Part shown: positions 25,068 to 38,562 of the stretch, in pieces
How positions within the stretch are numbered: position 1 is the first letter of the stretch
How the letters are laid out: every line of letters begins with the position of its first letter
NCBI GenBank assembly: GCA_030704615.1
Contig: CM060732.1
Location: 64,604,001-64,668,000, forward strand
Length of the DNA: 64,000 nt
Reading direction: 5' to 3'
Source of the DNA: Takakia lepidozioides
Lineage: Eukaryota > Plantae > Bryophyta
Translations under genes and position numbers: made by a program
The notes under the pieces: generated by a model
The model's input: the letters and a program-made list of their open reading frames with translations, nothing else
What the model was told of the DNA's origin: nothing
The model's database searches: none

Positions 25068-26155
25068 TCGCAACATCAAACAGCAAACTCGTAGAGGCTA
25101 TGATGTGAGTCCTCATGTGCCTCATGTTCCCCTTTCACACAATCTTCATTGCAGCCTGTGCAATATATTGAATGACAAAAATCGTTAACTAGGCCTAGGT
25201 TCCATCACCGCCTACATTCCTTGTGCAAAAATTATTACAATTCTTAAGAAAAATCACAGGTTGTTTTAAAAGTACACATGCCACCACAAAAAGGAACAGT
25301 GTTCTGAATTGCTGGTTATCTCAAAACCTTTACAAAAAACAAGCCTCAAATTGCAATGGGCTCTCTTGCTTTGGCAAAACATAAGAGGAAGAGAAAACTA
25401 GGGAGCATGACTCAGCACAACACACCAATCGGAGCCTTGACACAGTGTAAGGTCCTTTGACCACATTTTCTCTGTTGACTTCAACATCTCTCTCTACAAG
25501 AGAGCCAACCAAAAAAAAAAAACTTACTACCAGAGCAGGTTTTTGAGATAACTGGTGATTGATGCATTCTGGCTTCTATGGATAATGAAACAGGTGAAAC
25601 GGTGAGGAGATAAAAAGAGATTTCTCAAAATTTGCACCGGGAGTTTGAAAGGTAGGTGACCATTTTATCTCTCTAATGGGCTATTAGAAGATCACCAGTT
25701 ATCTTCATGGCCAAAAACATGTTTGAAACCCACTAATATACTTACTTAACCCTTAACTGCCTACAAGGTACAAAAAAAATATAGTGAAAAAATTGCACCC
25801 TTCAACGAAAAACACATTCTGTGTGCAATCCAAAGGCCTACCCTTGGCCATTGCCATTTGAGTGCTCACCTATTAGTCTCAAGATTCAGCTTTTATCCCA
25901 TACTATTTCCTGCCTTGCTTAGTCCCTAACCAAGTCTTGCTAAACTACTCCTTGACAGGTCAGTGATTTCCTTGTTACCCCCCAGTTTAGAAGAGATTTA
26001 CTTGGCCAAACAACAATGGTGAAGCATGTTCTGTGAAATGTGTGGTATCATTAGAACTCCTAAGCGCAGGATCCATGGAAAAAGGTAGTCCTTGGATATC
26101 TGAAAAGTTTTGCATCTAGTCTGGGCTGATGCTTGTGCAATGCCATGTGAAACAG

Positions 26156-26310
26156 GTTATGGTTGTGGAAGAGGCCTCAGCTATGCAGCTGGCAAGAGGT
26201 AACTACTACAAGGTTGAAGATGCAGATCACATTGAGGTTTGCAAGCCGGCTAGCAAGAGGCATCCAAGCTATGCTCGACTGTTGGATTGTCTGAAAGTTA
26301 TATTGGAAGC
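26156..26310 (+). pseudogene. Orphan exon: C-terminal end of an alpha/beta-hydrolase (SERAC1/hydrolase-NLR type)
   Basis: After the acceptor AACAG the sequence reads VMVVEEASAMQL...DADHIEVCKPASKRHPSY, matching the VV..SA...DH..(I/V)CKP motif. Confidence 0.6.
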
Positions 26311-26829
26311 TAGGGGTTATGATATCCCCCACTTAGATGTGTTTTTAGCTCATGTGTTGATCAGTGAGCATGTGCACGTTTCAGTTATTGACAGCAAAGT
26401 TGTGACTATTGAGGCTAAATCTTTCTTCTCCATTCACTGCGCAGTTGTTAGCAATGTAGAAGCTGTTACATTGGCCATGCTGTATTGAGCCTCAGCATTG
26501 TGTATGGGGTGTGTACATTTCTTTCCTCCACTTCATTCTCAAATGTAATACACTTGGCATGTGCCTATGGGGATTACACTGTCCCAGGTCATGCAAGCTA
26601 CAACTTGGACAGGATCAACTGGCACTGCGAATGGTTAATGAGAGCAGGAGGGCATAGCTCTTACAGAAAATACGGCAATGCTCTTGATGAATGAACTCAT
26701 GCTTCCCTTAGCTTGAGTGAGATCCTCTGTATATATGCACAATCTACTGGCTCACCTTAGCATTGTATGTGTTGCATATTTATGTTGATATTTGGGCAAG
26801 GAAAGAACAAGGAAATGATTGAGCAAGTC

Positions 26830-29300
26830 AGGCTGACAGCTTCCATAAGCAATGGCACTGCCATGGTGGGAGAGACAGCAAAAGTATGGTCTGAGATAGG
26901 TCTATTCCAAGGAAAATGAGATCGATCCACAAGGCACTGGGTGTTGATTTATTGGAAGTTAAGCTTGGGACTTGATTGCATTCCGGCTGCGCCCTCTCTC
27001 TTGCCAGCTGCCCTTCCAGTTCTCCCCGCCTCCAAGTACTCGTATAAGACCAAGTAGGATCATCTATGGACATAGAGGACCAAAACACATGGGTTGGATC
27101 ATTTGGGATAGAAAGCCTCAGGGCCATAGCTTCTGCCACTTTTTGCATGCCTTGTGCAGCCCGACCATGTATGCATCAGATGGCCGTTATAGGCAAGATG
27201 GGAAATATGGTCCCCAACGTCAACCCTTTCTCTGACATATGCTGCCAGTATTTGACATGCTTCATGAGGCTCTCCTTGTGTAATTCTTACAGCCAAAATT
27301 TCTCTCCATAGCTCTCACTTGAAATCCAGTCTCCAGGTCATCTCTTTTACCTCTTCTTCCGCACATTTAAATATGCAATTTTTCTCGTGCAATCTTGCAC
27401 ACTTTTCTTGCAAGGTTTTGTTCTCCTCCTCCATCTCCCTGCTCTGTTTGTCAATGGTGGCAAAATACTCCTCCAGAAACCATGGTACTTTCTGACCTAG
27501 AGAATACTATCTCTCACTTTTGCTGGGTGAGATGTGTCGTCTGGGAGATGGCCTAGAGGTAGCAAATCAGTAATCCAACGCAGCATTGTGTAACAAGCTA
27601 CTCACGGATTTCAATGAGGCCCTTGCTCTGTTTAGAAGAGTATTGAGGGTGTCCTTCCCACCCGGCTGGGAGAAGAAATCCCTCCACCAATTTTCCACCT
27701 GTTGCATGGAGATACCAGATGCAGCCCTCTGAAAACAAAAGCGCAGAACTGCCTCAAGATTTTGGTGCTGTAGGTGGGCAAACGACCACTTACCTCTAAC
27801 CAATGGTCACTAATGCCCTTTCCACAGCATGTCTTTCCACTGTGAAATGTTGGTGTACCAATTCATATGCCTCCCAAGAGGAAGAGTAGCACACCCCCAA
27901 AACCCTCCCCCCCAAAACACACAAACATATTTTCTGTTTTCTGTGTTCAGAAACATATTTATATACATCGTTACAAGGTGATGGCCACTGTTATGAGCTC
28001 CACCTGCTTCGCCAATCCAAGCTTCCACCCAGGGGCATAATCTTGTAGCATACTCTGAACTGCTTGAATTTTTTTTACTTCGAGCATGTTTCGAGCATGC
28101 CAGGGGTCACTTTCTTACTGCCCTACCAAAAAGCCAGCCACACCAAAAATGATAAAGCTCTACACTCCCTACAGAATGTGCCAAAGGCCAAAAGCTTGAC
28201 AAAACCTGTCCATCCGAGGAAAAGACAGCAGAGCTCTTCGAGCCTGGTCCAAGATTGTAGATATGGCATGTGAAGGCATTAACAAAACCGGTCCCGTGGC
28301 ATTGAGGAAATCACTGTGCCAATGGACACTGAAAAACCCAACAGGGGAACTACCAGAGGCTTTTGATTGGCTCCTAAACAGAGGGTGTCAATCAATCTGC
28401 GAAGCTCAGATTTTACATCCGCAGCATACTGCTCGGCTGTAACGCTGGCTCCCACACCGGACCCACTGAGCTCATTCCGAGCACAAATGCATTGTAAGCA
28501 TATCAATACACTAGCTCCTGACTGGACAAATACCTTCTGAAACAAATCCCCTGGTCTACATGAACATAGCATGGTTGTCAGTGAGCATGAAATAGACTGG
28601 TCAGTAAGGAATAAGTTATATGCTGGAGGTGTGGGAAAGACCAAGGTTAAGGCGAAAAGGAAAAAGAAGCTGCTGCGAGGCTCTTACTTTGGAATGGCTT
28701 CGCTGGGTTGGGTGTTGGTTGGGCTGATCTCTGGTGCGTCTCCAAGGCGCCGAATGGTCACATCATTCAGGACTTGCTCTACTTTCTTGAGATCATACTT
28801 TGAACATACCTGCTGGAAAGGGACCCCATGATAGTTTGGCTACACGTTTACTTGTACAAGGAAAGGAGACCAAGATGGTAAACACAGCAGATCGGTTCCA
28901 GGATTACACACATTTCTTTCTAAAACGGTTCCATATGCATTCACCCCTGGATAATATTACATGAACCTCGGCTGAGAGCTCAGAGACTGCGAGATGCCAT
29001 CATTACAAGATAGGAAACTTACAGAAAACTAAGCTCTGATCCTTATCGACAAGATCACCTTGCAGGCGTGATTAGCCCAAGGTATTACTCTCTCTTGTCT
29101 GGAGAGAAGGCCTAAGTACACAGTTTTAAAAAAAGAAAGCCATAAACAGGTATGCCCGTGATATTATAAAACAGAAAGTGCCACACAGAAATGACGTTAC
29201 TTGTAAAGGTACTACACGAAGTTGATGAACAACATAATATTTGAAGCTTGTCAGTTCAAACTGCAGAAGGACAATAAAATAGAACACAATCTAGAAACTC
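26830..29300 (-). mobile_element. Heavily decayed L1-type LINE ORF2 3' portion
   Basis: Fragmentary Trp-rich peptides (YHGVPF resembling YLG.P, WKDMLWKGH, QVENWW) in the expected order, with many stops. Confidence 0.4.
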
Positions 29301-29466
29301 CCAAAAGATCTCAACATGAGGCCTGCACATCAGGCTCGAGTTATTTACGCTAGCTACTGCAGCCCATGCCTTCTCTTTTAACGATAAACATATGTACTTT
29401 AGAGTCAGCCCTGCATGCAGGCCTGCAGCTTTGGTCTAGATAGTGATATAGGGTGAAAACCATGCC

Positions 29467-29569
29467 TCAATTGTGATAGACGTTAACGTTCACTGTAGGA
29501 TTAGTGAAGCCATAAATGTAGCCTCCCACAAGGCCATTTTGTTGACACTGTTCGATGATGGCAGCTAAA
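29467..29569 (-). pseudogene. 3' remnant of a secreted Cys-rich protein gene (paralog of 39280-39675)
   Basis: Translates as LAAIIEQCQQNGLVGGYIYGFTNPTVNVNVYHN*. About 60 bp are near-identical to 39324-39383. Confidence 0.7.
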
Positions 29570-30547
29570 ATACAGTCGAACCTCTTTGATGGTTAACCCC
29601 TAATGGACGAGTCGACCTGATTCGGGTCGATTGGATATTTCGACCGTCAGTGGGCCCCTTGGATGAATCTGGATGAAGATGGGCCCTGAACGAAAGTTGT
29701 AGCCCTTGAGATTCTGCGCCGGACAGAATTTATTGCACCCTAATTGGACAAATCCTGCGCCGTCAGGATTTTTTGAAGTGATGATGAGCACCCAAAATCC
29801 AATGGTTTCTGGCCCTCCACGGGCTTTGACCTAGCCACGTGGCAGGCAAAATGGGCATCGGTGGCCCGATGTCGGCGATCGGGTGCATGCAGGGTTGGCA
29901 TGTCCGCCCGTGCGGACATGGGATGCCACCCTGTGGCCAGTGTTGGGTGGCGGCAGCGTGGAACGAGCTCTCTCTTCGCGCGCACAGAGTCTGGGTTCCT
30001 GGAGCTTGCAAATCGTGGCCCCTCTCGCATTTCCTTGGCGCTTTTGTGTGCATGTTTTGCTTGATCTTCCGTGGATCGCCCGCATTCGCTTCGTAGGGGG
30101 TGTATTTCTTGGCTTCATTTTCGGGTCATGGCGACTTACCTCTCCCAGGCTCGAAGTGGCGGGAACTGTTCCGTTTCATGCTATGTGTTCTAGACATTAG
30201 AGCTCGGGGTGTGATTGCATTTACGCAACTGTTAGGGCTGAGTGTTTGGCGTTTAGATTCTTGTGCCCTGCCGAATTTTCATTGTAATGCAAGTTGTCAT
30301 TTTTTCTTGCATGTCGTTTTGTGAAATGCTTTTATGCATTTGGGCTCTGTGTTTTGTGTGGTAGGGGATGGTTGCAGGGGAGCGTGGTGTGTTGAGGTTT
30401 CATTTTGCAGCTGGTTTTGGAGAGTTTGCGAAATTCGCCGAGGTACATCATTTCTTCCTGTGCTTGGGGAAGATGGGTCATTTGCATTGATTCATCGTGA
30501 GGGCTTGCATTCATTTCCTGTGATCTCTGTCGGTCTCACGGATTCGT

Positions 30548-30907
30548 ATGGCACCAAAGAGGAAGGACGTTCCTGTGCCTGAGCCACCGTTGCCCCCACC
30601 CGAGCTTGCAGCTGTCGCGGAGGTTATAAGGGAGTGGGCGCTTGAGGAGCAGCACTGCACTCCCGAGCAGTGCAAGGTAATATTGGGGTGTCTGTCTCCT
30701 GCCTTCCTCTGTAGTTTGCCTCCACCGCCGTTCGCCAATCGTTGGCCTCGCCACCCTCGTCCTCACAATTTTCGCTTTCTGTTTAGACGTCAGGTGGCTC
30801 TAGTTCTTGGTTGGAGAGAGAGAAGAGAGGAAGGTGATAAAGAGGGGTTCAGTGATGCTGTGAATTCTGTTTTGAGAGATGATGTCTGGCCCGATGCCGA
30901 CAGTTAG
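30548..30907 (+). CDS. Small accessory ORF inside piggyBac (119 aa, NLS-like MAPKRK start)
   Basis: Clean ATG-to-stop ORF directly upstream of the transposase on the same strand. Confidence 0.5.
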   Translation: MAPKRKDVPVPEPPLPPPELAAVAEVIREWALEEQHCTPEQCKVILGCLSPAFLCSLPPPPFANRWPRHPRPHNFRFLFRRQVALVLGWRERREEGDKEGFSDAVNSVLRDDVWPDADS

Positions 30908-30999
30908 GCGTCTGAAGGAGTTGGCTCGTGCAAAGAGGTCGGTTCCTACAAGTGTGACAGCACCTCCCAAAGGTGTGGTGAGGAAAAAAAAATAAGGGA

Positions 31000-32831
31000 G
31001 TGGTGAATTCGGGTGTTGTAGGATGTGTTGGCGGGCCTCTGGGTGCTGGGAGCATGCTTGCTGTCGGTTGGGCTGCTTTGGGGGACATGCATCCCAACAC
31101 TGGTGCACTGGTTCCTTTTGGTGAGGGGTCTTCTAATCCTGTTTTGGGCCACGATGAGGCCTCCTCCGACATGGACGAGGATTTTGAGGGTGACAATGGG
31201 TACATGGGCGACTCTGCTGACGAAGCAGACTGGGAAAACGAGGTGGTTGATATGGAGTGTGATGAGGAAATCTCGGCCGATTTTGTGGAGATGTTCAAGG
31301 CGAAGACGTGGGAAACCAACGCAGGCTCTGACTTTGTGAGTGATAGAGCTGCATTTTTTGGCCCTCAACCTGGTCCCTGCCTGCCTGAGATGAAGGGCTC
31401 ACATCCGATTTGGTTTTTCGGTTTGTTTTGGAGGCGACAAGTGCTTGGGCGAATATGTAGGGAGTCAAATCGTTATGTTGCTGAACCTTTTGGTACAGGC
31501 ACTCGTGGGGGGCCTCGGTGGAAAGAGCTCACTGTTCATGAGCTCAGGGCTTGGATTGGAGTCTATGTCTTCATGGGCATGAAGAAGTTGCCCCGAACAC
31601 GATTTTACTGGCAACGCTCGGAGACATTCTTCGCTTGTCCTGTCATCCGCAAAGTGATGACTCAAGATAGGTATGAGGCCATACTCCGTTGTTTGCATCT
31701 TGTTGACAACGCCACGTTGGTGGCAGATCGTAAGAGTCGAAATTATGATAAGCTCGGAAAGCTTAGGTGGGTGTGTGAGGAGATTGTGGATAGGTGTAAA
31801 AGTCTCTGGAATCTGAACAAAATGGTGATTGTCGACGAGGTGATGATCCGTTACAAGGGGAAGTACTCCCCAATTATGATGTATATGCCTAAGAAACCAT
31901 GCAAATGGGGCATCAAGGTGTGGGCCTTGGCTGACTCGGAGACTTCATATGTCTACGACTTTTCAGTGTATGTTGGTAAGAATGCAGGAGGGCCAGATGG
32001 CGAGAGGCAGAAAAGTGGGAAGGGAGAAGGTTATGATATGGTCACCCGGCTGGCCAACGGGCTGCATGGTTTGGGCATGTCATTGTGACTGATAATTACT
32101 TTACAGGGGTCCAGCTTCTATATGACATGGCCAAACTTGGCACTTGGGCCACTGGCACGGTAAGAGTGAACAGAAAGGGTCTCCCTCCCTCTTTGTTGAA
32201 AATGAAAAAATCCAAGACTGCCAAGCAAGGGCAGTCATGGTACATGATGCATGAGTCCAGGGAGGTGGCTGCTGTGTTGTGGTGGGACAAGAAGGGTGTA
32301 TTCTTACTGTCATCTGCAGCTAGGCCAACTTGCAGTCCTTCCTCTCCAGTGACTGTACGCCGTTTTGTGGGAAACCAGAGAGTGCATGTGCCATCCGTAC
32401 CTGCACATGTGCAATACCAAACGTACATGCGAGGGGTGGATGTGTAGGACCAGCTTAGGGGTGCGTACAGCTTGCAGCTACGCACAAAGAAGTGGTGGCA
32501 TCATCTGTTTTTTTTTCTTATGGATACCACGCTAGTGAATGCGTATATCTTGCATTCTGCAATGGAGAGAAGGAGGGGGCGTCGGGCCATGACCCATCTA
32601 CAATTCAATCTGGCTGTGGCATATGGTTTGACAGGGGGTTGCTGCACTGACAACATTGACACCACGGGGGATTCAGAATGCACGTTTGTGCATCAGTGCC
32701 TTCACACCACACGGCAGCGAGTGTGTGTCATGTGCCATGTTCGTACTCACCATTACTGCCCTGGTTGCGATGGCAACCACTTGTGCCTTGGGCGGTGTTG
32801 GAATGAGGCACACCGGCATGCCTTGAGGTGA
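31000..32831 (+). pseudogene. piggyBac DDD transposase with C-terminal Cys-rich domain; one frameshift (~32075) and one stop (32445-32447)
   Basis: IVDEVMIRYKGK (D1), YMPKKPCKWGIKVW, TDNYFT (D2), GTVRVNRKGLP, YMRGVDV*DQ (D3), KKWWHHLFFFLMD...NAY, and CVMC...CPGC...LCLGRCWNEAH. Confidence 0.95.
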
Positions 32832-34605
32832 CTGAATTCTGGCTTGTTGCACTGTCTTCTTTCTTTGTGTGTGCATATGTTTGTGTGGGTAGGGGTTCAC
32901 CAGGGTGTGGGATTGCATGCAAGGTATGCTGGAGGCTGTTGATGGCGTGTGTGCGTGGGGCGTGGGGTGTGATTATCTCTGATCTGTGGTGGGTATGGGT
33001 TCTTCTCAGGTTGGGGGGTTGTGTGTGTCCATGCTGGTTGATGGGCAGTGGGGGTCATGGGGGGCTGGTGGTGACGGTTCAATGGTAGTGGAGGGATGTG
33101 AGGGTCATGCTGATGGGCAGTTTTGGGAGTGGGGGGGTCATAGGGGTTTGCTGCTTGCTCATTGTGGGCTGTTTTGGTGATGGGGGAAGGGCTGGTGATG
33201 GTTCACAAGCTGTGGGGGTGATGGGGATCTGCTGCTGCTGGTTGAGGGGCTGTGGAGGTGATGGGGGTCCTTCAGTGTTGGCGTGTGTGCGTTGTGTTTG
33301 GGTGGTTTCACAGTTTTTTTTTTGGGGGGGGGAGGGAGCTGTCTGCACACTGGGCAGATCGGGGGGTTCAACTCCCCCCCCAGTTCGTGGATCATGTCTT
33401 CGGGGTGGTGTGTGGTTTGGGTTCGCTACATTCAAAGGAAAAGCAGGAGCTCACGGGGAGCTTGAACACAGATGGGCCACATTCGTGACGGTTGGTAGTT
33501 GTTAGTTTTTCAGTTGCCTGTCGGGTGGAACGCCGAAACGTCGAGCATTCCCGGGCCCTTTTTTGGGTGTCGATTTTGGGGTCCCCCAAGTTTTCTGTGT
33601 CAATCGGTGATGTAGCCCCCTTTCTGTAGCCGGAATTGTCTACCGGCTCAGGCAATACATGGCCTGAGCTGGGATTCAAGTAGAAATACACCTACTTAGA
33701 AATCTCTGCCTGCATTTTGGTTAGAATTCAGAAATTCTTTTTGGAGGTAGTAGGAAATCATAGGAGGAACAATTCCACCGTTGGAATTCTGGTTCCAATG
33801 AAAATTTCGACCCCTATGGCTGAATTACAGGTCAATTGAAGCAAATAGTGCTTTTTGACCCCCCTGTTTTCCCATACAAAGGAACCCTATGCAGATTTTG
33901 GAATTCTACTTTGCAAATTTGGGGCAAGTTGCTTTAGGTGCTTGAGAATTGGAATGTGGTTGGGGTCTTGCAAGGAAAAAATATTTTTTTGGTCCAACTG
34001 CCTGGTCAAACCAATTTTTCCCTCTAAAATTGGAATACACTACAGATTTAGAGCTTACCATTTTGTTATAACCTTCCTAATGACACGGTGAAATGGGCTG
34101 AAAGTCTTACAGCAGGTGCATGAGGTAGGTAGCGTCCTTTTCATACGGTTCATCCCTGTGGATGTTTCTTAGCTGGGAGATATACCCTCATCTGTGAGGG
34201 TATGTGCTGTTTTGGAGTGGGCCCACCAAAAACAGCCTTGTCCATTAGGGGTTAACAATGGGGAGTAGCAAAAAGTTAACTAGTAGAGATAGGTCATACT
34301 AAAGGTACTTCACACCTGGCGATACGCCCTCGGTAGCGCCGCTAATAATTACCTTCGTTCATACCACAACCTCCACAGCGGTAAACAAGTGACATGGCAT
34401 GCATACGTGGCAGCTTACTCACATGGCTATCAACGATGGTAGCGCGCATTGTTACGTTATCAACACGTTGCAGAAACCTTCTTGTTTTGCGCGGGTAAAC
34501 TATCAGCTCAAGTTCACAGCGAATAAACCAATCGCTCGTGTGTTTCTTCTCATGTGTTGCTCTCTTTGTATCTCTGCGTGCAGTGCATGAATTCATGCGA
34601 CACTC

Positions 34606-35087
34606 ATGATGGACGATAGCAGCAACAACACTGAACCTTCAAGCGGAAGAGCTGGCACCATTCCAGCGGGAAGGGGAAGGGCAGGGGGTGGAAGAGGAGG
34701 ATCAAGCAGCGGACCTACTCGTCAGAGAACTGGGAACTGGGAGCATACAGAGGTTCTTGCTTTAATAAAATGCAAGCACATTGAACATACAGCACAGAAA
34801 GCGCTTGTGGACCCCAGGGCACACATGGTTCCTGCTGCACAACGATGGACGAACATTCCGGAGGAACTTCAGAAGATTGTGAAGAACAGGTCTGCACGCA
34901 ATGGCAAGATGTGTAAAGATAAATGGAACGGCCTTAATTCTGACTACAAAAAATTGTCGGACTACCACAAGGGTACTGGCCACCATACTTGCTACTGGGA
35001 ACTCACGATCAATGAAAAAGACAAGTTCCATCTCCCTCGATCTTTCAATAGGGAATTCGATGTGGCTATTGAGGCCTTTCAAGGCGA
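34606..35087 (+). pseudogene. Trihelix/Myb-SANT-like DNA-binding protein, truncated by an LTR
   Basis: GNWEHTEVLALI...QRW...RNGKMCKDKWNGLNSDYKK...YWELT..EKDKFHLPRSF. The ORF runs into LTR sequence at ~35087. Confidence 0.8.
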
Positions 35088-38000
35088 GCCGAATGCATGA
35101 TGGGTAAACATAAATCAAGATGATTTTTATAACAATGGACAAGGGTACAAGATACTGGAACTCGACTCAAATATTGGAATGTTGGAAACTGGACTGGGGT
35201 ACCAGATACTGGAAACTGGACTGGAGTACTAGACGCTAGACTGGAGTACTGGGACTGAAAATAAGAGTAGCTTGAACTTGTGTTGACGAGACTGAAGAGT
35301 GTCCAGTCTTGTCTCATATATATACTGGCTCTTAGGAAGTTCTCTAAGAAGCTTCCACAATGGAGATTTCTTGATGGAGAAGTTTCCAAGGTTAAACAAA
35401 AGTGTCTTGATGGAGAAGTTTCCTCCAAATGAAGCTTCCTGAGCAGTTTCCCAAGTTACTCTCAATAATTTGGTAAACTCCGGTAACTTGGTAATTAATG
35501 GTAATTTATGGTAAATCATGATAGATCATGATGAATTACGATAAATTATGGTAATTTTTATTAACATGATAACTTGATAACTTCTGATATTTACTCTTGG
35601 TAAGTTCTTTGGGCTATGTCCGTGACATCACCCCCTCCTCTAGCGCCGAGTTTCTCGAGGAGCGGTAAAATCTTGGACTAATGTGTGGTGCTCCTATCTC
35701 CTTAGCGTGTATCAGGTACACTAAATGTGGAGTCTTCACCTTGAAGCTAACTTGGGTGACATCATCGTTGTGATGTCTTATTGACGTGTAGCTCAGGGCT
35801 TAGCTGGATATCGTTGATGAAACTCTTGGACTTTATCAGATACATTAGCGAGGTAGGATGAAGGTTCCCACATTCGTTCGATGATGTCGTAGCCTTTCCA
35901 ATGTATGAAATACTTAAGACGTTTATACTTGATGCGAGAGTCTAGGACTTCGTCGACTTCATACTCGATTTCTTGATTGACTTCGATTGGTGGAGGTGGT
36001 ACGGAAACTCTCCCTGGAATATTCGATGGATGATACATCTCCAATAATGAAACATGCAAGACTGCATGGATGCACATACTTCGTGGGATTTCGAGCTGAA
36101 AACTGACCGGATTTATTTGTCGAATAATTTTGAATGGTCCTAGGCGTTGATAATCCAACTTCTTTGATGGTCGCGAGGTTTGTATATCCCGTTAAAAAAA
36201 CCACACACGATCTCCGACCTTGAACTGGGGTTGAAGTTGTCGATATACTGACAATATGTCTACATTTTTCTTCTTGAAGACATCCTTGAAATCTTGATAT
36301 TAAGTGGGTAATGTTGAAGTACATTTGTTTGTTGTGGTCTTGATGGGAGTCGCATAAAGTGCAAATGCCGCATCCTTTTTTGTAGCTCTCATGAAAGCTC
36401 TAGCTCCAATGTGGGTTGAATACCTTTGATATTTCTACATTTTTATTTTGCAGAAATTTTTCGCGATCGCCAGTCGATGTCAGGATTATGAAGTACGAAC
36501 CAGATAAGTCCAATGATCACAGGATTCGTTAGAGACTGGATGACGTTGAAAATAATATGTGATGCTTGATCTTTAAGCTTCACTTCAAGTGGTCGAGTTT
36601 CATGGTCAACATCTCCTGATGCTAACGGTCGTCCATCGATGACTTCAACGGGGGCCGAGAGTTTCTTCTTTACGAGCGCTAAATTGTGTTGTTTCGCAAA
36701 GTTTTTTGTCAATAAAACATGTTGAAGCCTCTGAGTCCAAAAGTGCTTCTACAGAGATATCATGATTTTGCACTCTGATTTTTACCGGAACTGTGAAGCA
36801 AGGTGCAAGGTCTAGAGGTAGAAAAAGACATTTTTTCGGTAAAAAATTTGTGGTGTCCAGCCACATGGTCCTTACTGTGACTGAATATCTTCGTTTTTCG
36901 ATGTCATCGTATCGAACACTTGAGTTGTGCCTCCAGCTTCGAATCTTCTCTTGTTGGGGCAGTTTAATGTTATGTGCTCTTCTTCGCAATAGAGGCATAA
37001 TATATTCGAGCGTCATCTTTGTTTTTCTTGTGGCATCAATGGCTTGAATTAGACAGCATCAATCTGCATAGAATCACTACCGGATGTCTGATGGATCGTT
37101 GTGTTTGGTGCCGTAGTAGCAGCGGCATGATGCGTCGTCGACCATCCAGATCGTTTCTTTTGACGTCTTTCGAACAAACGATTATCGCATGCAATGACTT
37201 TGGTGATGAATTCACTCAGTGTGCTCACGTTTGGCATTGTCAGCAACAAATCTTTTACATCATCTTTTAACTCACGTCGAAACTGACTAATGAAACTCTT
37301 TTTATTCTAGTCGAGGTCGCACGCAAGTTGTCAAAATTCAGCAGCATAAACGGAAGCAGGACGTGCTCCTTGTCGAAGATTTCGCATCTTTGTCTCTGCA
37401 ACTCTCTCTCTCTCTATCATTCTCTCCAAACGTTATAGTGAACTCGAACATGAACGCTTCAAAATTGTATAGTAAATGTGAATTTTTTTCTAATAGCGGT
37501 GCAAACCAAGATATAGCAGTGTATGATAGAAAGAAGCACACCTAAATACCTTCATCGAGGTAGCGTTGTGGATGTAGTCGTACTTGTTGAACAAAACCGC
37601 GAAATCTTGATCTCGTCCCATCAAATTTCTCGAGCATGCTGGTCTTTGATTCTCTCGTAATCTGTTGAAGATGAACAGTTGCAGTAGGAGCTGTTGCAGT
37701 AGGAACTCGTATGGTTGAAGATCCATTGTTCGACTCCTTTAACTCTGAAATTTGTTGTTGCAAATTGTGGAGAGCATTGCCAAGATCTTGAGACAGATCA
37801 GCTTGTAATTGGACAGGTACGAAGTTCTTGCATCTGGAGCTGAAAACTCTGCAATGTGGCGACCATTTTCGCAAATGTGCCTTCTATTTTAACTAACTAA
37901 TGAACAAACTTTAGTCTCGCCAAACTGTCAAGGACGAGAACATGACTGAACACAAACAAGATATCATACTAGATGTATAAGACTAGACAATAAGTCAAGG

Positions 38001-38562
38001 TCGGTGTGGCCGAATGTATGATGGGTAAATATGAATCAAGATGATCTTTATAACAATGGACAAGAGTACAAGATACTGGAACTCGACTCGAATACTGAAA
38101 TGCTGGAAACTGGACTGGGGTACCAGATACTAGAAACTGGACTAGAGTATTGAAAGGTGGACTAGAGTACTGGGACTGGGAACAAGAGTAGCTTGAACTT
38201 GTGTTGGCGAGACTGAAGAGTGTCCAGTCTCGACTCCTATATATACTGGCTCCTAAGAAGTTCCCTAAGAAGCTTCCCCAATGGAGGTTTCTTGATGGAG
38301 ATGTTTCCTTAAACAAAGATTTCTTGATGGAGAAGTTTCCTTCAACAAATGAGGTATTTTGATGGAGAAGTTTCCTCCAAATGAAGCTTCATGAGCAATT
38401 TCCCAAATTACTCTCGGTAATTTGGTAACTAATGGTAATTTATGGTAAATCGAGGTAGATCATGGTGAATCACGGTAAATTATAGTAATTTTTGATAACA
38501 TTATAACTTGGTAACTTCTGATATTTACTCCTGGTAAGTTCCTCTGGGCTATGTCCGTGACA
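35087..38562 (-). mobile_element. Ty3/Gypsy chromovirus (Tcn1-like), internally deleted: gag, Zn knuckle, protease, integrase end/chromodomain; RT/RH absent
   Basis: 5' LTR 37926-38562 (TGTCA...TGACA); 3' LTR 35087-35627, distally truncated; PPT at 35628-35641. Peptides: EKFDGTRSRFRGF (gag), ALLDSEAS (PR), GPFKII...HAVLHVSLL...EYEVDEVLDSR...YFIHWKGY (chromodomain). Confidence 0.92.

Larger units (their letters stand above)
29597..34251 (+). mobile_element. Full-length piggyBac transposon (4655 bp)
   Basis: TTAA at 29593-29596 and 34252-34255; TIR CCCCTAATGGAC...GTCCATTAGGGG; internal piggyBac transposase. Confidence 0.95.

Noticed and set aside
32828-33505. Gly/Val/Cys/Trp-rich ORFs
   Set aside because: GT-rich low-complexity 3' region of the piggyBac.
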